Assembly: GCA_040285825.1 (NCBI GenBank)
Contig: JAUPSS010000007.1
Span: forward strand, 272,501-336,500
Length of the DNA: 64,000 nucleotides
From: Eukaryota sp. TZLM1-RC
Taxonomy: Eukaryota; Protista; Metamonada: BaSk clade
Direction of reading: 5' to 3'
Shown here piece after piece: positions 1 to 9,933 of the stretch. Both the position numbers and the translations under genes were made by a program. The notes below the pieces were generated by a model. That model was given only the letters and a program-made list of their open reading frames with translations. It was not told the DNA's origin and made no database searches. Position 1 is the first letter of the stretch; every line of letters begins with the position of its first letter.

Positions 1-1484
1 TAATTACTCTGCAGTTACTTCTGTATGCTGGAGCTAATTCGAAACATTTGTCAATTCTGATGACTTCAAGACATTCTACTGAACAGGTTTTCATACATAA
101 TCGCCTGCTTGTTTAGACGCATGACTCATTCTCTTGGTATTTTTTAGGTGGATGCTGAAGAATTTCATACAGGAGGTCCAAAAAAAGTTGCACATCTTTG
201 AAATTGTGTAGTTTTAAGCTGCGCTTGTAGTGGCCAAACTTTTTCAAAACGGAGACAAACAGCTTCAAGATTGTGTGAAGAATTAGTTAGTATTCTTTCA
301 TCAGTTAATTATTTCGTAATAACGCAAGAAGATCACTTACATCTTTGGAACGGAGGAAACTTTTCTGATCAACCAGTACTGTCTCAATAGTATCATCGAA
401 AAGGTCGATAAAAGTCAGCTTCAATATACCAAAAGTCTTATTACATTATTTTTCAAAGTATCTGTAACTATGAGCTCTGCAAGTTCAGAGTCTGTTATTC
501 GTTCAACGACGGCTGATAGGCAATGATTATCCCATTGAAAGATATGACCTTTTCTTTTTTTTTGTTTTATTTTTTGTTTTTATTTTAATTTTTCTTGGGT
601 TCGTTATTAGCACCCATACTAATCACTTTACCACCTGGATGAACATATGACTTGAAAAAATTACCACACACTACATGGTTAATAGCTTTACCTTCAAAAT
701 CAACGGTAACTATAGTAGTCAGTTACATTTTCCCTAGCTAGAGAACTCGGTAAAATTAAATCTGATCTTTTAGTCTGTTGAAGGATTCAACGATCACTTT
801 TTTGCCTTTGTAAACTTTTCAAAATAATTCAAAACAGGAAAATACAGTATTTTTAACTATTAAACCAACCGCCAAAAGCTTAATTGGTACAAACTAATTT
901 AAATATCCAATGGCGATTAGGAATCGTTTCCACTTTGTTAAGACATTTTGATGGATTTAAAATGACTTAAAATTAGTGGAAACTGGTTCATTTTGAAAAG
1001 AATTTGTGAAAAAATGCAAAGGTCAGTGTGGGAAGCAAGAAAGTTATTATTCCAGCCATAGTCAGTAAACACGCTTAACACGTTTTAACATTGTTCAACG
1101 GTTGAACTTCAACCTCAATATGAAATTTTATAAATTAAAGTTTATTAATCAATTTTAACTACACTCAAAGCCATCCAGATCTTTTCATTGACCAAATCCT
1201 TCTTCACTACTAACATTATGCTATATCTTCTATTTCAATTTCACTATGGCAAACTATTTTGTATCAGTTTGTTGCTTTTCGTTCACTAAACATAAACAAA
1301 TAACAGAAGTTTATGAACGGAATGAAAGAAATCAAAGAAAATAAAAGCTGATACAATTTAAACTAACGATCACGTGATGTACTTTCCAGAATAGGAAGGT
1401 CACGTTTAGCTACTGCTGACACCGCCTTCTCTTTCTCTTTCTTCGGGTTTAGTGGAGAGTTTCTTGAATGTGATGTAGACAGTA

Positions 1485-2270
1485 CTACTGCGCATCATCA
1501 GCCACAATACGCTTTACTTCAGCCGACTTTTCACGCAAATGTCGTTGTCCACTCACTGATAACCATTTATACTCGGAGTGGGTTAACGTGTTGTTGATTT
1601 GCGTATACAATTCATACAATCTCTCTATAACTAAAAAGTGTGTATAAAATCTTGTAACTGTCAGTTTTTTCGGAGCTCCAATTCTTTTCATCAGCTTCTT
1701 AGTAAAAGGTTTATCTAATACGAAATTGACCCCCAATGCAGCTTTTTGAAACAACATTTCAAGTGATTGAAGTCTATGTTTGGAATCAGCAGTACATCTA
1801 TCTTTGAGAAAAAAATTTAATGTGTGAATAGCACAACGAATCCCGCAAATATGTTGGTATTTTTCTGCTTGATTGATGGCAGCGTTTAAATAATAAGAAG
1901 CTCTGTCAGTTATAACAAAATTAATATATGTAGGGCCGATTTGTTGAATACCATCATTGAATAATTTTGTTAAATAACTATCACTTTTTCGTTCATCGCG
2001 TTGGTATCAACAGCTTTATAAAAGACACTCAAATTCGAGATCATTAGACAAAAATTGATCAAAGAATTGTGATTTATTTCAGAACCATCTACCACAAGAG
2101 CAAATCCCTTTTGGCCATTGTCTTTGATTGTTTGTGCAAGGAAAGCTTTTCTGGTATTATTACCGGATAAGCGAAGAACAGGAGGTGTGTACATGGACTG
2201 TACCGGTTGAGGCGTCGGTGGGAGAGCAGCATAAGTTGCAGTTTGTGTAGGGCCAGTAGTGCGGCATGAA
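1485..2270 (-). pseudogene. Degenerate hAT-superfamily (DUF659-type) transposase relic
   Basis: Fragmented minus-strand frames give GFALVVDG..SLINF, GIQQIGPTYINFVITDRAS and IRCAIHTLNFFLKD, matching the DUF659 motifs DGW..LINF, V.TDNA and CxxH. An upstream W..CNLC..H stretch is BED-finger-like. Stops and frameshifts present; no TIRs found. Confidence 0.65.
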
Positions 2271-2429
2271 CTGAGGGAGTAATAAAAAGTAGTTGAAAGA
2301 TTACAGGGGAGTCCTAAACCTCAGTCCATATTTAAACTTAAATTGGGGACCGGCTCTTGAATGGATCAAATAGCCTTGTTCTTTGACAACTGCTTGGCAA
2401 GACGAAGGACAGATAGACTGTAAGGCACT

Positions 2430-2560
2430 TGGGGATATATCATTGAACCAAGATTTCTTCCAACATTAGCTTCTTCAATATCTTTATAATATTTTCTATG
2501 TTTTTCTTTTGCTTTTAAATCAAGACGACTCACAGGATTAAGTTTTCTTCTTTTGCATAA
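2430..2560 (-). mobile_element. Short diverged fragment of family-B non-LTR endonuclease region
   Basis: tgtttttcttttgcttttaaatcaagacgactcacaggattaagttttcttct resembles 20361-20413 (RRKLNP...LD.KAKEKHRK). Confidence 0.55.
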
Positions 2561-2760
2561 TGGTAATCAATATGATAGTTCAAATTTTTTTGTCTGAAAC
2601 ATTTACATCCACACCACTAAAAACACCAATAGAATGGTCCTTGCCTTTTGATTTCCTCATCAACAGTTTCGACGCTGAACCTTAGATGCTACACTTTGCA
2701 AGACAACAAGAAATGTGGTGTCTACATCTATCATTTCCTTCAAGAAACGCAACCTTTGAC

Positions 2761-5341
2761 TTTTTTTCCCTCATACAAATTTTATTCAAACAAAGTTATA
2801 AAAAACCAAAAATCTATCTCCTCACACTCCACATCTACTAAAGAAAAGTTACCTACAACTTTTTCTTCATAAAATTTTCCTAGTGATAAGAAAGAACTAG
2901 AAAAAAGACTATACATTCCTGATTGATTTTTTAGATGTTGATTTATAGGTTTAGAATAAAAAGGTTTCGCTTAAAAATAAGAAAAAAGACTATACATTCC
3001 CTTAAAAATAGAAAATACAATTGTGTTTTGCCAAAAGGTTCGGTCAAATAGTCTTCCAGTTCTATTTTTGACAAAAGATTAGAAATCGTCCAAAAAAGAT
3101 AGCGCAGTTTTACCCAAACTTCCAAATAAAGAAAAAGCAAAAGGACAAAGAATGTATTGAGTTTATTGAGTTTATAATTTTCGCTTCTTTGGCTCTTCGT
3201 AAAGGTGAATTATAAGGCTGTGAAAGTTTTCATTTGAGCTGTTTGATACATCAGTAGATCTGACATCAATAATGATCATTGATCCATCATTGGTCCGGGA
3301 ACTAGCAAATCACCACGGCTATCACCAAAAGAATTTCTGCCAGCTTCATCAGCCAATTTTGAAAGCAAAGGTTCAAAAAAAGATTCAATCTTGTACGATT
3401 TAAACATACAATAAAGCTGATCACGAACTGCATCATGCACTTTTGATCTAAAAAAATAAATTGATTACAATTAAATAAATGGGTTGGAGTGACAGACTTT
3501 CCACATTTACAATTGTATCAATGAGGAAGGTTATCAGGCCAAATAAAAGATCGATGACGCATAGATAAAAAAAAGCAAGGGTCATTGAGAAACAAACCAT
3601 AAACTCTTGGTACTTGATTAATTAAACAAGAAATAGAACTATCGCAAACATCTAGTAAAAAATTTGCAAAAGCGGGATTTTTTTGCTTGGTTAGGGTTAC
3701 CATACTATTGTGCTTGGTTACCATGCTAAGACGTTTTGTTTTCACTTAATTTTTATTTATTCCAATAAAAAACAAACTATACGACAGGGTAAAAATTTTG
3801 TGTCTTCATAAGCCAAATCAGCCAAGAAGAGATCTAATGCTAAGACGTACTTCATAATCCAAGCCTTCAAATATTACTGTCAGTTTTTGTTGAATCTTCT
3901 TCACACAATACCTTAAATTAACTAAATTTCGTGGAGGAATCTCTTGAACTGACTCGGGAAAACATTGACACCAAATTTGTGGTGAAATTTCATTAATGGC
4001 AACATCAAGGTCATACAAATATTTAGAAAATGATGGACTGAGCAAATGAATGTCTTCAGGGAAACGATCAAGAAGTTCAAAAATAAAATTCTTACCACCA
4101 CCAACAAAAGCTGCTTGACAAAGAATTGAGGATCTAGTAAAGCCAACACCGCCAAATTGTGAAGAAGAGAACAAGTGAGCTCGAATTAGCTCAGGATTCA
4201 CTTCTAATAGGGAAGCAAAGAAAGTTGCACGAAGTTGATTAAATGATCGGCAACAATCGATAGACAATGAAGGTGCTGTCGACCTCAATAAGTGAGTAAT
4301 TTTCCCGGAATAACAAATTTTTTATTTAAAATATTTAATATGTTTTTCAATTTGTAATTCAGAAACTAATTGAAGCTCATTACCAAGTTTTGCAACAATT
4401 TTGTAAAGATTTTCAGTAATTTCATCAATCTTTTCTAACCAACATCCTAGAAAACGAAAAGCTTCTGGTGAATAATTGGTAAAAGGAATTTAACAATTAT
4501 TAACATTAAACTCTTTGAAATCATTACCAATTAATAAACATTTTTTAGGATTTAAGTGAAGACCAATAATTTCATATTGTTCAGCAATTTCATTTGAAGC
4601 TTTTTGACAACACCAAAAGGACCGATAAGTGAGATGTCATCCATGTAACCTGCAATTTGTAGAGAAGAGTATTTTTAATTAATAATAATCAATGATGCTT
4701 GGATTGCTATGCAAAATAATAATCGGCCTAAAGGATCCCCTTGTTTTACTCCTGATGAAGACTTTGAAGAAAACACATCATATACTAATTCACTGGGTTT
4801 AGCTTAAAACACATAGAAATAACTTGATAGTTCAGGAAAATGTTTTTGAATTACTTCATAAATTGCTTTTCTTCTTACACCATTAAAAGTGTTGCTAAAA
4901 TATAAACTGAAAATAAAATTGTTATCTTTGGAGTTCAAAAACAAGTCTGATGTCAGAGCAGCAACGGAGGCTTCAACAATCGTTTGAAATGTCAAATTGC
5001 ATTGGCAAAAAAATTTACCAGACCTTTTTAACAATTCTGTTGAAAAAAATTGAGGCAAACAAACGAGATAGAGATTTACCTACTGGAATTCGTGTAATTG
5101 CAGTATCACTAACAGGTTTTACTAAAGCAATAAGACGTGCAGCAGTAAGCTCAGGAGGAGGAACAACTTTCAATGAAACCAATTGTTAAAAATAAAAAGC
5201 TACATCATCTGCGATTTCAGGTGTCTTATTGCAGGCGGTTTTTAAAATATCAAACGAAATTCCTGATGGTCCAGCAGCTTTACCATTTGCTAAATTCTTA
5301 ATTAAAGCAAGAACTTCAGAAACAATAATTGGATTATTAAT
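2761..5341 (-). mobile_element. 5'-truncated degenerate CRE-like non-LTR retrotransposon (family C, copy C1)
   Basis: RT motifs GKAAGPSG, SSGVKQGDPLG and YMDD, then endonuclease region ending ..EEIDF. T-run (A tail) at 2761. Imperfect 8-bp TSD cctttgac 2753-2760 / cccttgac 5342-5349. Confidence 0.85.
3735..3836 (-). mobile_element. Nested ~100-bp 3' end of a family-D-like element with 12-bp TSD
   Basis: ATGCTAAGACGT at 3723-3734 and 3837-3848. The insert reads DLFLADLAYED (compare FFLTDLGYDDLEF ending at 19971), followed by AATAAA and an A-rich tail. Confidence 0.75.
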
Positions 5342-6720
5342 CCCTTGACAGTAAAGGTTTTTTTGTTCACCAGACCGGTTTTCTTCAATAAAATTCTTTA
5401 TACTTTAAAGCTAAATTAGTGAATCTGTGAATGTGTTATAATAACTATAATAACTATAATAATTGAGGATAAGATTTATTAAATCGTCTACACAATAATC
5501 TATAACCAAATCTACAAGTTATTTTCAACAGTTAAAACTGTAACAAAACCTAAAATTAGAAAACAAACCTGGAAACACAACAATCTAAATAAAAAAACTA
5601 AAACAGTTATTAAATTAAAACTTACATGTTTTGTGATCAACATCGGATCAACACAGCAAATAATGGTAATAAATTGAAAAAAGAAACCAAGAACCCAATC
5701 CTGGTCAATGATGTTCCTCCCAAAGTCCATTCCATTCATCTTTCTGGTGTTACTTTACGCTGTGAGCCACATGACGTTGATATTTCAAGTCAAAATATTG
5801 GATCTTGGTTAAAACAACAGGGTCTATGCAAGGTTGCTTTGTGTGATTCATGTGGCTGGCTTCAAGGCCACTCACTCCACCACGAAGCTCTTGTGTCCTT
5901 CTCACAAGCCAAGGAAGCGTTTGCGAAACAAATGGAAGAGTTTCAGGCAAGAGTTTCCACTATTACCCCTTTGCTAGCTCAATCGGGGGATAAAGTGGAA
6001 TCTGTTGTGAGAGGAACCCTCAATCAAAACCAATCAATTTTACATTATTTGATTGGTGATTTGATCAAGCAGTCAGGTACCAGGCTTCAACAGTTAGAAT
6101 CATCAAATACTGTTGAAGAATCACTTGCTTTTGATGCTAATTAAAAGACAACAAATTGTAAAAAAAGAAACTAAGGAAAGAAGTGGCGACGTCATGGTGA
6201 CGTGGCAAATCCCAAAAGGTGTCTGAAATAGGGTTTTATCTGAAAACTTGAGTTGAGATAGAATTTGATTAAAAGTAACAAGAAAATGAGGACACAATTC
6301 ATATTTGGAGGTAATAAATGTTTAAAGAAAGGTGAGTTCTAAACAGATTAAGTAAAGTAAGTGTTAAGTAAAAGAAGTGGGAATAAAAGCAGTGTAAAGG
6401 GCTGGTATTGATGTTAGTTATTGGAAGCCGATGACGTAGTGCCACGTGGCGTTGATGTTGTGAAAGATGGGTGGAGTAACGGGGACCGGGAACACAGCGA
6501 GAGGAGAGAGAATAGCGGAGCGGAAAGCAGTTGCCAACAGTGACGTTGCATTGAGTGGCATTAGGCAACAGAAAATCAGGCTTGGTTAGTAATGTCTAGC
6601 ACGGACAAGAATGTTGTGGGCAATGTGTAACGAAAAGTAGCACCAACACGGCCCTGATTGATGAGACGTTGATCACAGAACATGTAAGTTTCGGAAAGGA
6701 CATCCTCTTGAGAGGAAGTA
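5342..6720 (+). repeat. Segment duplicated in inverted orientation at ~45900-47003 (homology continues at 2610-2760 vs ~47003-47150)
   Basis: Reverse-complement match: 5342 cccttgacagtaaagg.. equals the rc of 46988-47003. Contains internal 24-bp inverted repeats at 5618-5641 / 6668-6691. Confidence 0.9.
5626..6144 (+). CDS. B-box-like zinc finger + coiled-coil protein (possibly pseudogene), copy 1
   Basis: CEPH...CKVALCDSC..GHSLHH followed by helical EALVSFSQAKEAFAKQMEEF, resembling a type-2 B-box plus coil. The ORF stays open in the diverged second copy. Confidence 0.5.
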   Translation: MFCDQHRINTANNGNKLKKETKNPILVNDVPPKVHSIHLSGVTLRCEPHDVDISSQNIGSWLKQQGLCKVALCDSCGWLQGHSLHHEALVSFSQAKEAFAKQMEEFQARVSTITPLLAQSGDKVESVVRGTLNQNQSILHYLIGDLIKQSGTRLQQLESSNTVEESLAFDAN

Positions 6721-7359
6721 CAGTTTGACCATGTTTGTTTGAAATGAAATGATGAGTCATGATGACGTGGCAAAGATTTTCTTTAATTACACGATTATAA
6801 TGATTCATCACCCACTATCTTACATAACCATGATGCTCATGACATTTGCAGCATCATCTACATCACTGAAAGTCGATGAAAAGAATCAACAAAAATTAGT
6901 ATAAATTGTCAATCGGCTTTCCAAGCAAATCTTTGCACTCTAGATCGCTGAAAAAAGTGTGCTTGTTGCTTTCCCAACATTGAAGTACTTGTTGTCAAAA
7001 CCAATTCATATCTTTCGGTTTTTATTCATTTTGTTTTAGTTTTGACCTACAATAGTTTCCTCTTGAACACTCTTTATGGTTCATTACAATTTAATGTTCA
7101 CTAATAATTGCGTCCAGAGCTTGGACTAAAATCATAATAACGTGTAAGCAGTACAAATATTGATTTATGTATTTCAACCACCTTGAATCATTTCAACTTG
7201 ATGTAGAAGTCATACATTTGTATTGTTTTCATAAATGCACAAACCGACACGTAATTGCCAGGCAAATAGAAGCAGTAGTTCAGAGACTAATTACAATTAC
7301 ATTTCTTTTGATTAATAATCTAAAAGTGGACTTACTGTTTTTTGCCACCACAAGGACCA

Positions 7360-8997
7360 ATGTCTGTTGATTTCTCCCAAGTACTTGCTACATGCTCTGA
7401 TACAGTAAAATTATGGTCTCCTCCTTCTGAATCTCCTTTCTTCATTAACCCACAACCATCAAATCATATTGCTTTCCACCCGGAAAACCGCACCACTTTC
7501 CTCGTCTCTCTTACGGACCAATCTCTAATCAATGTGTACGATAAATCCTCCAAACGCACATCCATTGTCACTACCCATCCTTCCGTCCTTCTCTCCTTTT
7601 CTCCTTCTGGTAATGTCTTTGCTGCACTCTCTTCCACACGCACTCAAGTCTCAATCTTTCAGTATTCAACCCTCTCTCCCCTCGCTTCTTTCTCTACTCC
7701 TGCTCCCGTTACCTCCATGTCGATGTCCAAGAATTATATAGCTGTAGGGTTAAAGAATGGAGCTACCTTGGTACACGACATTCATACAGGCAATCAAAAG
7801 CACAAGTTTCAAGATTCCCTCCGAAGAGCCGTCACCCACGTTACGTTTAACTCAATTAGCTCTCAATATTTAGCATCTGGGTTCATATCTGGCAACATCA
7901 TCATCTATAATCTACAACGAAACGACGTTTTTCACACTTTCTATGCTGTCCATAGATCACCAATAAGCTCACTTTGTTTTTCCCCAAAAAATTTGAATTT
8001 ATTAGCAAGTGTTGGAAGAGATTGCAAGCTTCGATTTTTGGATTTTCGATCGGCCAAAAAGGTAGTTTTGGAAATTCATACCAGTAAACCAATTAGTTCA
8101 GTGACGTTTCACCCCAAAGGACAAGCTGTGGCTATTGGTAATCAAGGTGGTGAAGTCAACGTGTTTGATTTAAGAGTTGTAGGAAAGTTCAAGAATGAAC
8201 AAGGTCATGAGGTGCCATTGTATACGTGGGTTGCCGGTAAGGGGGTTATCAATCATTTGGATTGGATTAACACGTCAGCATGGGTGTCAGGGTCGCCAAA
8301 AGTCCTCAGAAGTCCTGAGAAAGTCGTGAAAAGTCCGATTAGTTCGCCAACAAGAGCTCCACCACCACCACCAGATTCGCCACCTAAAACTTCTGTAAAG
8401 TCGCCTGTAGAGAAAGTTTACAGTGATCCCAACTTGTCAGATGACATGTCAGGTGAGGAAGTTGTTCACTCATTCAGGAAATCGCCGAATAGAGATCATT
8501 CTGTCGAGATTGGGAAATCTGCGAAATTTTCAGTTAAAGATGATGTGAATCCTGAATTTAGTTACAGGAAATCCACAAGATTAGAAACAAATGAAAATGA
8601 AGTTGAAAATTTGGGCAATCAACAAGCCCCAGACGAAAATTTAAATCAAGAATTGGAATCGAGTTTGCGTGGTGAAAATTTTGTTCCTAAATTTGATAGC
8701 AAAAGAGCTCATGATGACGATATAGACATTGTCGATCACTCAAACCTTTCAAATCTTATTAATAATTCTTTATTAGATTTAAAAATTGATCTCAGCAAGT
8801 CTATCTCCTCAGTTCATGTCGAGTTAATCAAATTTATCAGCCAGCAGAATGAAATTTTGACAAACAAGCTCATTGAACAACAAGAAGAGATCAAAGGTTT
8901 AAGATCTGAAGTTTCCATAATGGGTGAATATTTTAAACAACATTTTGGGACAAAGTTGGCAAGTTTTGGAGCCTATTTAAGTGAAAATAAGGAGTAG
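7360..8997 (+). CDS. NEDD1: NEDD1/GCP-WD-like gamma-tubulin ring complex targeting protein
   Basis: N-terminal WD40 repeats (LASVGRDCKLRFLD, GNQGGEVNVFDLR), Ser/Pro-rich linker, and C-terminal coiled coil with the NEDD1-type ..VHVELIKF..QQ motif. First ATG is at 7360. Confidence 0.72.
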   Translation: MSVDFSQVLATCSDTVKLWSPPSESPFFINPQPSNHIAFHPENRTTFLVSLTDQSLINVYDKSSKRTSIVTTHPSVLLSFSPSGNVFAALSSTRTQVSIFQYSTLSPLASFSTPAPVTSMSMSKNYIAVGLKNGATLVHDIHTGNQKHKFQDSLRRAVTHVTFNSISSQYLASGFISGNIIIYNLQRNDVFHTFYAVHRSPISSLCFSPKNLNLLASVGRDCKLRFLDFRSAKKVVLEIHTSKPISSVTFHPKGQAVAIGNQGGEVNVFDLRVVGKFKNEQGHEVPLYTWVAGKGVINHLDWINTSAWVSGSPKVLRSPEKVVKSPISSPTRAPPPPPDSPPKTSVKSPVEKVYSDPNLSDDMSGEEVVHSFRKSPNRDHSVEIGKSAKFSVKDDVNPEFSYRKSTRLETNENEVENLGNQQAPDENLNQELESSLRGENFVPKFDSKRAHDDDIDIVDHSNLSNLINNSLLDLKIDLSKSISSVHVELIKFISQQNEILTNKLIEQQEEIKGLRSEVSIMGEYFKQHFGTKLASFGAYLSENKE

Positions 8998-9378
8998 TGG
9001 TTCATTATTTTAAAATTCTCCAATTTTTTTAAATATTTGTATTTTATATATTTTCATAATTTTATTTTATTTAATTGTGTTTATCAACTGTTTATGCTAT
9101 TTGATTTTAAAAAATAAATCAATAAAAGTTTTTTCAAACTATTTGTTCAAAAGGATCAATAAAGTTTAAAATATTGCAATAACAAGCACACAGCTCTGTT
9201 CGCTTCTTCATTTTGTTGACTTGCTTCCTCTACTTTTTGTTATATTGATGCTATTGTAATTATTGATTTCTGTATCAAACAAATAAACCAAGTGTTTGTT
9301 TTTGTTTTATATTATTATATTGTTTTTATATTTTGTGTAAAGCTTTAATTTATTTGATTTAGGACTTTAAATACTGTT

Positions 9379-9933
9379 TTGCAAAAGTTTCAATATAGAG
9401 GCATTTATTGAGCCACTAGTACGTAAGCTGTCTTCAGATCAAACTGATGATTCCTTGGTAAAAGAAGGGCAGATTTAGTAGCTCAAGGGATCGATGGTGT
9501 TCTCAATGTTGTAGACGTTGTCTCAGTTGATGTTTGCAAAAATTCTGCTGCTCGTTTAGTGTATTCCGCTGATTCGCCGTTATCTAACGCCGAAAAAAAG
9601 AAGATAAAAAAATATGAAGAACCTTTGGCACAGTTAGGTAGAGTGGAACATGTGAAATATCAGTTTGTGCCGTTTGCAATTTCTCTTTTTGACAATATTG
9701 GACCTTCAGGGTTGCACTTTTTTGAAAATTTTAAAAAAGTGTTCCTGAATAGGTCTGGTAAAACAATGAACTCCACTTTCTGGTTAAATAGAATTGTTTT
9801 TTGCATTTTCAAGTCTATTCCTACAATGATTTCACAGGCACTTTTAGCTGTCGGTGTAGAATATGAACGTAATGCTGTGAGTATAATTATTCCAGTTTAA
9901 AAATAAATAAAAAACAAAAATATAATCAAAAAC
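9379..9933 (+). mobile_element. 5'-truncated family-A non-LTR insertion (copy A1) with 9-bp TSD
   Basis: Near-identical to the rc of 17430-17925. A-rich tail 9899-9933. TSD AATACTGTT at 9370-9378 / 9934-9942. Internal deletion just before the 3' end. Confidence 0.9.
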
